Origin: Vicinamibacterales bacterium
Lineage (GTDB): Bacteria > Acidobacteriota > Vicinamibacteria > Vicinamibacterales > UBA8438
Length of the DNA stretch: 64,000 bases
Direction of reading: 5' to 3'
Assembly (NCBI GenBank): GCA_965216615.1
Contig: CBDCGH010000013.1
Location: 6,307-70,306 of the forward strand
The translations under genes and the position numbers were made by a program. The notes under the pieces were generated by a model. The model saw only the letters and a program-made list of their open reading frames with translations, had not been told where the DNA came from and ran no database searches. Positions 48,707-59,175 of this stretch are shown here, piece by piece (the first letter of the stretch is position 1; each line of letters starts with the position of its first letter).

Positions 48707-49249
48707 ATGAGCAGCGCCAGCGCAGGCTTTACAGCCGTCGAGCTCCTGATCGTCGTCGCCGTGGCTGGCGTGTTGGTCGGCGTCAGTGTGCCGCCGGTCT
48801 CCAGCGCGATGCAGCGCTACGCGCTGAACACGGCGCGCCAGACCGTCGCCGCCGAAATTCGACTCGCTCGGTTCAGGGCGGTCTCGACCAACCGCACTGT
48901 CCGCATTCGCTTCAACTGCCCCGGTCCCGCGCAGCTGCGCATCGTCGAGGTGGTGGGTGACCCGGCGGTCGACGCTGCCTCCGATCGATGCTCGGAGTCG
49001 AGCTTCCCCTTTCCCGACAACGATCCGAGCGCCGCGCCGAACGTGGACGGCCGGATCGTGTGGCTCCCGCAGGGCGCGCAGTTTGGCGCGATTCAAGACC
49101 TGGAGTTCACCCCCCGCGGTCGGGCGACCCCACTGAGTGGATGTCCCAACTGTGCGACAGCGACTCCACCAGCGGCGGTCTCGTTGACCAACGGCTCCGA
49201 CACCCAAACCATTGCGATCTCAGCGAGCGGACGTGTCGAGCTACCCTGA
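48707..49249 (+). CDS. GspH/FimT/FimU-like minor pilin
   Basis: G|FTAVELLIVV prepilin motif, IRLARFRAV, EFTPRGRA, ISASGRV. Confidence 0.85.
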   Translation: MSSASAGFTAVELLIVVAVAGVLVGVSVPPVSSAMQRYALNTARQTVAAEIRLARFRAVSTNRTVRIRFNCPGPAQLRIVEVVGDPAVDAASDRCSESSFPFPDNDPSAAPNVDGRIVWLPQGAQFGAIQDLEFTPRGRATPLSGCPNCATATPPAAVSLTNGSDTQTIAISASGRVELP

Positions 49250-49685
49250 CCTCCCGCCGGCGCCCCTCACGACCCGAGCCACAGCGTCAGGCGACCTTGG
49301 GTTCACGCTCGTCGAAATCATGGTCGCGATGACGATCTTCTTGGTCGCTTCTGTTGGCGTCGCCCAGCTGCTCGCGATGACGACCCGGATGCACATCCAG
49401 GCTCAGAACACGACGGAGGCCACGCGACTGGCTGAGAGCAAGCTCGATGAGCTCAGCTCGCTCGACTTTGCCACCGACCCGCCGATTCAGATCACGTCGG
49501 CGGACGCATTGAACCAGAACGTAGCCAACTATTTCGACACGCCAGACGCCAACGTGATCCGCCGCTGGGTCGTGACCGCGGGGCCAACAGCCACGACGCG
49601 CTCAGTCACGGTACGCGTCATCGACGGCGTCGGCAGCGTCGGTGAACGCGCCGTCGACCTGACGACCGTCTTCAGGCAATGGTAG
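49233..49685 (+). CDS. PilV-like minor pilin
   Basis: G|FTLVEIMVAM, ATRLAESKLDEL. Confidence 0.82.
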   Translation: MSSYPDLPPAPLTTRATASGDLGFTLVEIMVAMTIFLVASVGVAQLLAMTTRMHIQAQNTTEATRLAESKLDELSSLDFATDPPIQITSADALNQNVANYFDTPDANVIRRWVVTAGPTATTRSVTVRVIDGVGSVGERAVDLTTVFRQW

Positions 49686-50356
49686 CCGCCACTCGCAGAA
49701 GGGCCGGTGCGACCCCGAACCAGGACGATGGGTTCACACTCATCGAGCTTCTCGTGGCCATGGGACTCGGTGCGGTTGTGCTCGGTGCAGGTGTCACGAT
49801 CGTCAGTCAGGTCCAGCGAGGCTATACGAGCCAACTCGACAGCGCGGCGGTTCAGGAAGAGGCCCGATACGCGGTCGATTGGATCGCTCAGGAGCTGGCA
49901 TCGGCCGGAAGCAATCCCTACGGTGTCTCGGTCTCCGACTGTCCGACGAGCGGAACGGACTTTCTCCCGTTACGCCTCGACCCCAACCAGAACGGCGCTC
50001 ACGACGACCTCCGGATCAACGCCGACGTGGGTATCCCAAACGGACTGCTGGGCGGCGAGACCGCAGTCTGTACTGAGTCCGATGAAGACGTCACCATCAG
50101 CTTCGATCCGTCAAACGGCACAATAACCCGGTTCGACCACAACGTGGACTTGGCCCCAGTTCCTACGACCGACGACGTCATCACCGCGCTCCAGTTCACC
50201 TATCTAGACATCAACCGAGTGGTCACAAGCGATCCTTCAGCCATCCGTTTCATCCAGGTAGCCGTGACGGCTAGCGGGGGCGCCCGGAGCACCAGTACAG
50301 GTAGCGTCGCGACGTATTCCGCCCGGACGGAAATCCACATCAGGGAGACGCTATGA
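49679..50356 (+). CDS. PilW-like minor pilin
   Basis: G|FTLIELLVAM, IAQELASAG, LQFTYLD. Confidence 0.82.
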   Translation: MVAATRRRAGATPNQDDGFTLIELLVAMGLGAVVLGAGVTIVSQVQRGYTSQLDSAAVQEEARYAVDWIAQELASAGSNPYGVSVSDCPTSGTDFLPLRLDPNQNGAHDDLRINADVGIPNGLLGGETAVCTESDEDVTISFDPSNGTITRFDHNVDLAPVPTTDDVITALQFTYLDINRVVTSDPSAIRFIQVAVTASGGARSTSTGSVATYSARTEIHIRETL

Positions 50357-51732
50357 GCGCCGCCGGACGGCCAGCGAGGACGCTCAGAGACGCCACGGGC
50401 GGCGCGTTGCTCGGCGTGATGATGCTGACGATGATGCTTGCCGCCATCACGGTGGCCATCACGCTCAGCGGACAAACCGAGCTGCTGGTCGCCCGAAGCG
50501 ACGAAACGTCCGCGCAGGCGCGTGCCGCGGCGCACGCGGGGCTCAACCACGCAGTCGACGTGACTCTGGCACACCTCGAAGACTGGCAGGCCAACGGCTT
50601 CGTCTCCGCCAGTGACGCGGTCACGGCACTGCTCGAAGGCCCGGACGGTGCGGTGGGGGCCAGTGGCACCGACGCGGACAACGGAAGCCTCGAGAGCCTT
50701 GGCCTGCCGCGCCCTCCAGAGGCTCTTCCTCTAGCAGGGACATTCGGGGTGAGTTACGAGGCCAGAGTCCTTGACGAGGACGACCCAGCACGGGGAGTCA
50801 CGCTGTCAACAGCTGACGTGACCCGCATTGGCGAAAACGGTAATCCGCACTCAGACACGAACAGTGGAGTGATCGTCAGAACGATCGGCTACGGCCCGTC
50901 AGACACGTCGGTGACGCTCGAGGCCACCATCGGCGCTCAGGGGCTTCCGGCGCTCCTGGTAAACGGCCCGCTTCGTACCCGCGGCCGACCCACGATCGGC
51001 GGAGCTGGTGGAAGTGTGCATGCCAACGGCAACATGAGACTATTTGGTGCCCCGAGGATTTCCGGTAGCGCGACCGCAAGCGGTCGATACCGTGCGTCGC
51101 GCCGGGCGCGGGTTGGAGGGCGCTCGGGCGGGGGTCATGCGCCGGTGCAGGTTTCGGCGATTCAAGCCGAGCCTCACCGACAAGACGCTGACTACATCAT
51201 GGGAGCCACTGGCCTCGTCTCGGATTCTGACGGCCAAGTCGTGTGCGATGCGTCGACCAGCCGAAACCGTTGCAGGAATGAGTATGGATGGACGTTTAAT
51301 GGCGCAGCCGGGTGGGCGTATACGAACCGTCGCCACGAAGGCGCAACCTTCTATCTCGAAACCGACGCCAGGCTCCGTGCCCGTCTGGGATCACGCGCAA
51401 GCCCGATTCCACTTACGCTTTTCGCTGAAGGCTCCATCGACGTGACCGGTCGGCCCTACCTTGTGCCACGTACCGGTGGCGTGGTGTTTCTCACCAACGA
51501 GGATCTGAGGGTGCGAGGCCGAGGGAGCTTCGTCATCCAGGGACAAATCCTGGTGCGCGAGCAGATTCGAATCCAGCGGCGGGCCACCCTCGTCGGTCAG
51601 ATCACCGTAGAGGACGCCGCGTCGGCGAGCAACCTCGTGAGGAGAAACCTCGTGGCCGGCAGGTCGACGATCACCTTCGCAGGTGGAGGCGGACAGGACC
51701 TCGAGGTCATAGCTTGGCGCGAAGTCCGCTAG
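50353..51732 (+). CDS. PilX-like pilin with an Arg-rich beta-helix-like C-terminal domain
   Basis: G|GALLGVMM without E5, QARAAAHAGL, VIVRTIGYGP, C-terminal AWREV. Confidence 0.75.
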   Translation: MSAAGRPARTLRDATGGALLGVMMLTMMLAAITVAITLSGQTELLVARSDETSAQARAAAHAGLNHAVDVTLAHLEDWQANGFVSASDAVTALLEGPDGAVGASGTDADNGSLESLGLPRPPEALPLAGTFGVSYEARVLDEDDPARGVTLSTADVTRIGENGNPHSDTNSGVIVRTIGYGPSDTSVTLEATIGAQGLPALLVNGPLRTRGRPTIGGAGGSVHANGNMRLFGAPRISGSATASGRYRASRRARVGGRSGGGHAPVQVSAIQAEPHRQDADYIMGATGLVSDSDGQVVCDASTSRNRCRNEYGWTFNGAAGWAYTNRRHEGATFYLETDARLRARLGSRASPIPLTLFAEGSIDVTGRPYLVPRTGGVVFLTNEDLRVRGRGSFVIQGQILVREQIRIQRRATLVGQITVEDAASASNLVRRNLVAGRSTITFAGGGGQDLEVIAWREVR

Positions 51733-51780
51733 CCGCACAGAAAGGTATTCAAGGACGGCAACAAGACCGATTACACTGAT

Positions 51781-52359
51781 ATGGTGACGGTCAAGCTGAC
51801 TCTCGCGCTTGCGGGTCTCGCGGCGCTGCTCCTGTCATCGGTCGCGCTCCTGGCCCAACAGCCGCCGCTGGCCGACGTCGCGAAGAAAGAACGGGCGCGA
51901 CGAGCGACCATCACCAAGCCCTCCCCCGTCTACACAAACGACGACCTGCGTGGTGGCATGCGACTCACCACCGCAGCTAGCCATGTGGCCACCGATACGG
52001 ACGAGCGCGCGCTGGCTGCCGACGCCGACCTCGGCGGTGACGACCCGCCACCGGAAGAGACCGAGTCTCGGGACCATCTCGACCAGGAGTACTGGCACGG
52101 CCGAATCACTGAGGCTCGAACGGACAAGCGGCGGGCGGAGCTCAACGCGGCGGCGCTACAGAATAGAGTCGACGGGCTGTGGGCGACGTTCACCTCACGC
52201 GACGATCCGATTCAGCGTGCGCAGATCGAACGTGATCGAAACCTGGCCCTTGAAGGTCTACAGGACGCGCGGGACGAGATCGAGCGACTCGACCAAGAGA
52301 TTCGAGACATTCACGAAGAGGCCCGGCGCGCCAGTGTGCCACCTGGCTGGCTCAGGTAG
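51781..52359 (+). CDS. Exported hypothetical coiled-coil protein
   Basis: Signal peptide, LADVAKKE, VYTNDDL, helical C-half ending PPGWLR. Confidence 0.65.
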   Translation: MVTVKLTLALAGLAALLLSSVALLAQQPPLADVAKKERARRATITKPSPVYTNDDLRGGMRLTTAASHVATDTDERALAADADLGGDDPPPEETESRDHLDQEYWHGRITEARTDKRRAELNAAALQNRVDGLWATFTSRDDPIQRAQIERDRNLALEGLQDARDEIERLDQEIRDIHEEARRASVPPGWLR

Positions 52360-52374
52360 CCATCCGCAAGCGCG

Positions 52375-54429
52375 TCACCGCTTGCCCGAGTACTCCAGCA
52401 TCTGCGCCGTCAGATCCAGCGGATACGAAATCAGGACGTCCGCAATCTCGCCGTCCGCGCCGTGCACCGGTTCGAGCTTTGGCATGACGAACCCGGTGTA
52501 CGACGGAAGGTCGACGAGCTCCACCCGCCCCAAGACCTCGTCGCGTAGCGCCGGATCGAAGTGAATGCCGTACTGCTCGAACAACTCCACGGCCGCCTCG
52601 TAGTCACCCTCTGATTTGATGCGCTGCACTTCCCCGAGCAACCTCCCTACACCGTCGCGAAACTTCATGTGATCGGTCATCACGTAGTAGGTTTTCCCGT
52701 CGCGCGTGCGTGCGTCGACGGCCTCAGTGTTGTCCATCAACCAGTGGACGATCATCTGGCGGTTTCGCATGTGGTCCTCCTCCAGCTGCGCTCCTTCACG
52801 GATGCGGCGAAGCTGAAGAATCGCGTTGCGCGAATAGGCCTCATACTGAGCTTGGACAATCTCAAGGTGGTCATCAGCCGGCACGATGCCCAGCTCAACG
52901 AGCTTCGGATCCGCAATGAAGTACAGCGCAACCAAATCCGCTCTGGACTCCTCGAGTGCAGAGTATTGCTCCTTGAGAAATGCCTGCGGATTCCCCTCCA
53001 GATGCTCGGCAAGCTGACCCGACGCGTGGCCGATCACCTCGTGCATGTTTGTGTTGAGCTCGCCCGCGAGCCTGCCCCATTTCTCGGATCGCGCCGCCTC
53101 GGCCTCTTCCCAGGCAAACTCGCGGCGATACGCGCCCGGGCTCGAGCGCTCGTACGCTTCGACGACGTTCGACAGCGATACCGACTTGCTCCCGTAATCC
53201 TCGCGGACACTCTGGTCGTTGGGCAGATTGATGCCGATCGGCGTCACGGGACCGGACTCGCCCGTCTCGACGACCACGTCGATAGCATTCGCGGTGATGC
53301 CGCGGACCCCCTTCTTGCGATACGCGGGATCCCACGGCATACGGTCTTCGAACCATTGCGCGTTGTCGGCCAATCGCCGGATGCTCTCCGTCTTCTCCGG
53401 ATTCACGTAGAAGACCAGCGCCTCCCACGAACCCTTGACGCCGCGGGCGTCCATATAGACCTCCGTGAAGCCGTTGATGGTGTCAACCGGTGAGTCTCGA
53501 TCCGCCACCCACGCGATGTCATACGCAAGCTGGTCCGCCGCGTCGCCCGTCTGATACCACGTGACCAATGCTGCGAGAGACGCAGCCATCGACTCCGTCG
53601 CGAACGGAATCGCCGCCTGCAGATGCGCAACGACGTCGCTGAGATACTCACCGTAGAGCCCACCCACTCGGTACACGTCCTCAACGAGGGCCTCGTCGCG
53701 CTTGACAAGGCGCGAGTTCAACGGGTGGCGCTCGTCGAAGTCAGCCAGATCATCGAGCGACACGCCGTCGTACAGGTTGTTGGCGCTCGCAATCAGCATG
53801 TCCCGACCGTCAGGGGGTGTTTTGTTCGTCACGACGGCATCCACATCAGGATCGAAGAACGCCGGCTCCAACCGTGCCAAGAGGTCGTCCACTGTCTCTC
53901 CGCGCCGCAACGGAAACTCCGCGCCGCTGGCGTGCGCCGCGCGCGCCGCCGCCCCAAACGTCGAGGGCGGCAGGTTCAAGACGAACTTGCGTGCGGTCAG
54001 GTTGTTGAACGGCCCGGTGTTGATCCAGAACAGCTTCGTGTAGCGCTGAATCTCCATCAGCGCGTCCGCCTCGACATCCGCGGCGTGGGTCAGAATCTCC
54101 TCGAGCACCTCACGCATATCGAGGTTGTGGACGTAACGCTGGTCATAGTAGATGTCCCGGCCCGCGAGCGCCGCCTGGTACAGATGCCAGATGAGCGTTT
54201 TCTCCCTCAGCAGAAGCCTCTCGAAACCGTCGGCGTAGATCTGTACGACGGCCGCGTCGTCGACGCGCTCGAGCAAGAACTGTCGGTCGGACGGCCCGGA
54301 CGTCTCGGTGGCGACGACCGGCGGATCTGCCGTGGGCTGCGAACCGCACCCCGTGGCTATACCCGCGACGATTGCCATCGCTGCTCCCCGCCCGACGGTT
54401 AGAAGGATCCGACGTGTGGTTCGTTTCAT
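52375..54429 (-). CDS. Dipeptidyl-peptidase III (M49) lipoprotein
   Basis: ATGC lipobox, GINLPN, HEVIGH, LEESRADL. Confidence 0.9.
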   Translation of the reverse strand: MKRTTRRILLTVGRGAAMAIVAGIATGCGSQPTADPPVVATETSGPSDRQFLLERVDDAAVVQIYADGFERLLLREKTLIWHLYQAALAGRDIYYDQRYVHNLDMREVLEEILTHAADVEADALMEIQRYTKLFWINTGPFNNLTARKFVLNLPPSTFGAAARAAHASGAEFPLRRGETVDDLLARLEPAFFDPDVDAVVTNKTPPDGRDMLIASANNLYDGVSLDDLADFDERHPLNSRLVKRDEALVEDVYRVGGLYGEYLSDVVAHLQAAIPFATESMAASLAALVTWYQTGDAADQLAYDIAWVADRDSPVDTINGFTEVYMDARGVKGSWEALVFYVNPEKTESIRRLADNAQWFEDRMPWDPAYRKKGVRGITANAIDVVVETGESGPVTPIGINLPNDQSVREDYGSKSVSLSNVVEAYERSSPGAYRREFAWEEAEAARSEKWGRLAGELNTNMHEVIGHASGQLAEHLEGNPQAFLKEQYSALEESRADLVALYFIADPKLVELGIVPADDHLEIVQAQYEAYSRNAILQLRRIREGAQLEEDHMRNRQMIVHWLMDNTEAVDARTRDGKTYYVMTDHMKFRDGVGRLLGEVQRIKSEGDYEAAVELFEQYGIHFDPALRDEVLGRVELVDLPSYTGFVMPKLEPVHGADGEIADVLISYPLDLTAQMLEYSGKR

Positions 54430-54492
54430 GATTACAATGAGGTCATCGATTATAGGTCTGCCGAGGATCGACCGTCGACCCCATCACCACGC

Positions 54493-56757
54493 ATGACAGC
54501 TCATTGTCTGGCACAGCGGGCGATCTGGCCTCTGGTTGCGCTGGTCGTTGTCGGGCTGACGAGCGCCATCTCGGCGCAGTCTCAAGATCTCACGCTCGAC
54601 GATATCTTCTCTCCCGATCGGCGCGTGAGCTTCGCCGGACACCTACCGAGCGTTCTCGAGTGGCTCGACGACGAGCACTACCTGCTGGCCGCAGAATCAC
54701 GCCCGGACGGACCATTGTTGAGGGTCCACGCGAAGACCGGCACCACCTCGCCGCTCTTCGATCCGAACGTGATGGAAGCGGCATTGCTCGAGGTTTCTGG
54801 GCCGGGCGAAGCCGACGCGCGCCGCTTGGCGTGGTCATCAACGCACCTCCGGAACGCTGCGCAGACGGCGATGGTCATCGACTACGAGAACGATCTCTAC
54901 TACTACGAGCTCGGCGGCAGCCGGGCGCACCGGCTCACCCAGTCGCCCACGCCCGAGACGGAGGTCTCGTTTAGCCCCGACGGTGCCTTCGTTGCCTTCG
55001 TGCGCGACCACGACCTCGTGCTGGTCGATGTCGAGCATCGCGTCGAGCGTGCCCTCACAGACGATGGCAGTCCGGCGATCCGCAACGGCGTGCTCGACTG
55101 GGTCTACCAGGAGGAGATCTACGGTCGCGACAACTTTCGCGGCTACTGGTGGAGTCCCGATTCGACCCGGATCGCCTTCCTTCGACTCGATGATTCTCGC
55201 GTTCCAGTCCACACGGTCTTGGACCACGTGCCCTACCATCCGGAGGCCGAGGAGTGGGCCTATCCAAAGGCCGGTGATCCCAATCCGGAGGTTCAGTTGG
55301 GCCTCGTCGCTGCCGGCGGCGGGAGCACGACGTGGGTGGATATCGAAGGCTACCTGCCTGAGGAGCCCCTGATCGTCGACGTTGGATGGTCAACCGATAG
55401 CGAGCAGGTGGTGTTTCAGGTACAGAACCGAGAACAAACATGGCTCGACCTCAACATGGCCGACTCGACTGGGTATCCGACGCGGATACTTCGGGAAACG
55501 AGCACGGCCTGGGTGAATCTCGCCGGCCCACCCACCTGGCTCGATGACGGGTCGTTTCTCTGGATGAGCGAGCGGTCGGGCTGGATGCATCTATACCACT
55601 ACGACCGTGACGGCGGACTGCGCCGCCAGGTCACCGACGGGCCTTGGGAAGTGCGCGAGCTCCATGGTGTTGACCAGCGAGCGGGATGGATCTACTTCTC
55701 GGGTACCGAACGCAGCCATATCGGCGGCGACGTGTACCGTGTCCGCCTGGACGGATCCAAGCTCACGCGCCTCTCTCAGGCATCTGGGACTCATGCCGCC
55801 AGCTTCAATCCCGGTTGGTCACTGTACCTCGATACGTCGAGCCGGCTGTCCGACCCGCCGAGCATGCGGCTTCACGCAGCGGACGGCGGCGAGATTCGGA
55901 TTGTCGATCAGAACGAGGTGACGGCACTCGAGACCTACCGCCTGGCCGAGCCCGAGTTCCTACAGGTGGCGACGCGCGACGGCTTCACCATGGAAGCGCT
56001 GATGATCAAGCCCCCCGACTTCGACCCGTCGGAGCAGTACCCGGTGTATCAGCATGTCTATGGCGGACCGCACCTCCAACGCGTCCGAGACCGATGGCTG
56101 GGATCGACCTACATGTTCTGGCAGCTGCTCGCGCAATCCGGGGTGATCGTGTGGGTGCTCGACAATCGCACAGCCAGCGGCAAGGGTGCGGTCTCGACCT
56201 GGCCGGTGTACCAGAACTTCGGGGAGCTCGAGCTGCAGGACATCGAAGACGGCATCGCGTGGCTGACCGAGCAGCCGTATGTGGACGCCGACCGTATCGG
56301 CATTGAGGGGTGGAGCTACGGTGGCTTCATGGTGAGCTATGCGCTGACTCATAGCCGGAGCTTCGCCATGGGCATCGCCGGTGGATCCGTGACCGACTGG
56401 CGCGACTACGACACGATCTACACCGAGCGCTACATGCGACGACCGGAGCACAACGACGCCGGCTACACGAAGAGCTCGCCGCGCTTCAACGCGGCCGACC
56501 TCCATGGGGCGCTTCTGCTCATTCATGGCGCAATGGACGAGAACGTCCATGTGCAGAACACGCTGCAGTTCGCCCACGCGCTGCAGCAGGCTGGCAAGCC
56601 CTTCGACATGATGATCTACCCGCAGTCCCGTCACCGACTCGGATCACCTGGGCTTGAGCGGCACCGCCACGCGCTCATGCTGGACTACGTGATGCGTCAT
56701 CTGCGACCGGACTCCAGGGGCGCTGCCGCCGTCTCGACGCCAAGCCCTCGCCATTAG
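54493..56757 (+). CDS. S9B dipeptidyl-peptidase IV family protein
   Basis: DWVYQEEI, YPKAG, VYGGP, GWSYGG, DENVH. Confidence 0.93.
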   Translation: MTAHCLAQRAIWPLVALVVVGLTSAISAQSQDLTLDDIFSPDRRVSFAGHLPSVLEWLDDEHYLLAAESRPDGPLLRVHAKTGTTSPLFDPNVMEAALLEVSGPGEADARRLAWSSTHLRNAAQTAMVIDYENDLYYYELGGSRAHRLTQSPTPETEVSFSPDGAFVAFVRDHDLVLVDVEHRVERALTDDGSPAIRNGVLDWVYQEEIYGRDNFRGYWWSPDSTRIAFLRLDDSRVPVHTVLDHVPYHPEAEEWAYPKAGDPNPEVQLGLVAAGGGSTTWVDIEGYLPEEPLIVDVGWSTDSEQVVFQVQNREQTWLDLNMADSTGYPTRILRETSTAWVNLAGPPTWLDDGSFLWMSERSGWMHLYHYDRDGGLRRQVTDGPWEVRELHGVDQRAGWIYFSGTERSHIGGDVYRVRLDGSKLTRLSQASGTHAASFNPGWSLYLDTSSRLSDPPSMRLHAADGGEIRIVDQNEVTALETYRLAEPEFLQVATRDGFTMEALMIKPPDFDPSEQYPVYQHVYGGPHLQRVRDRWLGSTYMFWQLLAQSGVIVWVLDNRTASGKGAVSTWPVYQNFGELELQDIEDGIAWLTEQPYVDADRIGIEGWSYGGFMVSYALTHSRSFAMGIAGGSVTDWRDYDTIYTERYMRRPEHNDAGYTKSSPRFNAADLHGALLLIHGAMDENVHVQNTLQFAHALQQAGKPFDMMIYPQSRHRLGSPGLERHRHALMLDYVMRHLRPDSRGAAAVSTPSPRH

Positions 56758-56761
56758 CCGC

Positions 56762-57610
56762 TTGTCTCTTCTGTCCACCCTCTCCGACGCCCGGACGATG
56801 ACCGCCGTCGAGCTGCGTCCGCCGCGCGCCGCTCTGGACTCCGCTTCCGGAATGGAGGCCTGGATCGACACCTACCACGCGGTGCGCGGGATCACGCGCC
56901 AACACACCTACGTCTTTCTGACCGACAGCGCCGTCGGGCAGCGCGAGGAACACAACCTTCGGCATCTCGTCGCCAACCTCGGGGACGATGCGCCACGCGA
57001 ACGGGTGGTCCCGTTCCTCACGGCGAAGCACTCACGGGACTACTGTTTGGCCTATGCGACGCGGGCGTGGCAGCACGGCTTTCGATCGATGGTCGTGCTC
57101 GGAGGCGACACGTCGGTTGGACCGGCACGTAGCTTCGAGCGAGGGTGGCAGCTCCGGCATGCCATTCGAGAGGCACAGCCGGGCTGGGAGCTCGGCGGGT
57201 GGGCAAATCCGCACAAGGGAGCGGCTGCGCAAGTTGGGTACTTGCTCGAGCCAGGGGCCACAGCTGACTTCTTTCTCACCCAAGTCGTCTCGCATCACGA
57301 CATGACACCGGTGGAACAGTTTCTTCTGGAGGCCGAGGGACAGCACCTGGCCATCCCCGGTGTGTTTGGCGTGTTCTATTACCGCAGCGCCAATCGGCGC
57401 ACGCTCGATGCCCTCGCCCCGTTTCTTCCGGTTCCCGCGCAGTCCCTTGCGCGCGAGTTTTCGGAGGGCGCTTCGGCGGAGTTGATCTGCGCGCGAACGA
57501 TTCGAGCCCTCTGGAACGTTGGTGTTCGCCACGTCTACATCAGCAACCTGCCAATTGCCGGCGCACCGGGCGTACTGAAGACGATCGCCGACCACGCGTC
57601 GCGTCTGTGA
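56762..57610 (+). CDS. Methylenetetrahydrofolate-reductase-like TIM-barrel protein
   Basis: AVELRPP, LTDSAVG, VVLGGD, GGWANP, DFFLTQV. Confidence 0.6.
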   Translation: MSLLSTLSDARTMTAVELRPPRAALDSASGMEAWIDTYHAVRGITRQHTYVFLTDSAVGQREEHNLRHLVANLGDDAPRERVVPFLTAKHSRDYCLAYATRAWQHGFRSMVVLGGDTSVGPARSFERGWQLRHAIREAQPGWELGGWANPHKGAAAQVGYLLEPGATADFFLTQVVSHHDMTPVEQFLLEAEGQHLAIPGVFGVFYYRSANRRTLDALAPFLPVPAQSLAREFSEGASAELICARTIRALWNVGVRHVYISNLPIAGAPGVLKTIADHASRL

Positions 57611-57673
57611 CGCGTCGGATCGCACGGGCGAAGGGCAGGTGTATGATGTCGCTCACACGAGGAGCGACCGCCC

Positions 57674-57994
57674 ATGATTCTGACGACGACCCCCAGCATC
57701 GAAGGTAAGCCCATTACGAAGTACTGCGGCATCGTGACAGGTGAGGCAATTCTCGGCGCCAATCTCTTTCGAGATCTCTTCGCGAGCGTGCGTGACATTG
57801 TCGGCGGGCGTTCAGCCTCGTATGAGAAGGAGCTCAACCAGGCCCGCGAAATCGCGCTGGCCGAGCTCGGCGAGGAAGCCGACAAACTTGGCGCGAACGC
57901 TGTCGTGGCCGTCGATTTCGACTACGAGGTGGTCGGACAGGGCGGCAGCATGCTCATGGTGACGGTCAGCGGGACGGCGGTGGTCGCGTCCTGA
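57674..57994 (+). CDS. YbjQ/UPF0145 family protein
   Basis: [11 protein letters not shown]...[20 protein letters not shown]. Confidence 0.9.
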   Translation: MILTTTPSIEGKPITKYCGIVTGEAILGANLFRDLFASVRDIVGGRSASYEKELNQAREIALAELGEEADKLGANAVVAVDFDYEVVGQGGSMLMVTVSGTAVVAS

Positions 57995-58009
57995 GGGAGC
58001 GAGCAACGG

Positions 58010-58375
58010 ATGCCACGTTTGATCGCACAGCCCACGGTCGTCCCATCTACCGGTACGAAGCCGAAGCGAATCGAAGAATTCGTGGGTCGGGTCACCACCG
58101 GGGACGGCCGACTCAGCGTTGCCCGCATGCAATCACCCCAGGGCTGGCTGGAGCCAGGACAACGACCAGGCTTCGATGAGATCACGCTGGTGCTACGCGG
58201 CATGCTTCGCGTGGAACACGAAGACGGGCAGCTCGACGTTCACGCCGGCGAGGCCGTATTGGCGAACAAGGGCGAGTGGGTACGTTACAGCACGCCGGGC
58301 GATGAGGGCGCCGAGTACGTGGCAATCTGCCTGCCGGCATTCTCACCTGACACGGTGAATAGGGATGAGGACTAG
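58010..58375 (+). CDS. Cupin domain protein
   Basis: IEEFVGR, EPGQRPGFDE, WVRYSTP, CLPAFSP. Confidence 0.82.
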   Translation: MPRLIAQPTVVPSTGTKPKRIEEFVGRVTTGDGRLSVARMQSPQGWLEPGQRPGFDEITLVLRGMLRVEHEDGQLDVHAGEAVLANKGEWVRYSTPGDEGAEYVAICLPAFSPDTVNRDED

Positions 58376-58414
58376 AAGGCAGTCCATCCTGTCTTCTGCC
58401 TTCTGAATTCTGGT
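58374..58414. terminator. Inverted repeat between convergent genes, overlapping heptamer repeats
   Basis: agaaggcag (58374-58382) pairs with ctgccttct (58396-58404); tcctgtc/ttctgcc/ttctgaa/ttctggt. Confidence 0.5.
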
Positions 58415-58418
58415 CTCC

Positions 58419-59159
58419 TCACCTCAGATGTCTCCCTCCATCCACCCGAATCGTCTCGCCGGTGATGAAGTCTGACTCGACGAGCGACGTCACGGCCTTC
58501 ACGATCTCTTCGTCGCCGCCCCATCGTCCGAGGGGTGTTGCCTGAGCCACCCGCTCGACGGCGTCGCTGTCTAGGTCAGCCGACGCGCGAATCGGCCCAG
58601 GCGCGACGGCATTGACGAGAATATCGTCGCCGGCCAACTCGAGCGCCAGGGCTTCCGTGAGACCGATAACGGCCGACTTGGCCACGTAATACGGTAGGAA
58701 CCCGGGATACCGTGGACGGCCGCTCGCAGCCACCCAATCCGACACGTTCACGATTCGCCCACCACCGGCCGACCGGAGATGCGGAACGGCCGCCAGGCTG
58801 CAGGCATACGCGGCCCTGACGTCGACGTCCAGTGCATCGTCGAGATCGGCCGGCGTGAGCTCATCGAACGGCCGTGATACATATCGGGATGCCATGTTGA
58901 CCAGAACGTCGACACGTCCCAGCGCCGAAGCCGCCTGATCAATGAAACGTCGTCCTTCTTCCGCGTCCGTCAAGTCCGCCCGTATCACGAATGCCTTGCG
59001 ACCAACACGCTCGATCGCCGCAGCCGCGCGCTGCGCTTCCTCGGCCGACCGATGATACGACAAACCGATGTCGGCGCCCCTGCCAGCGAGCTCGACCGCC
59101 ACAGACATCCCGATACGACGGGCTCCCGTAATCAGTGCCACTTTGCCGGCAAGATCCAT
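58419..59159 (-). CDS. SDR oxidoreductase, pteridine reductase/FolM-like
   Basis: TGARRIG, NMAS, YYVAKS, NAVAPG, VDGGRHL. Confidence 0.85.
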   Translation of the reverse strand: MDLAGKVALITGARRIGMSVAVELAGRGADIGLSYHRSAEEAQRAAAAIERVGRKAFVIRADLTDAEEGRRFIDQAASALGRVDVLVNMASRYVSRPFDELTPADLDDALDVDVRAAYACSLAAVPHLRSAGGGRIVNVSDWVAASGRPRYPGFLPYYVAKSAVIGLTEALALELAGDDILVNAVAPGPIRASADLDSDAVERVAQATPLGRWGGDEEIVKAVTSLVESDFITGETIRVDGGRHLR

Positions 59160-59175
59160 AGCTGTGGTCTACCTT

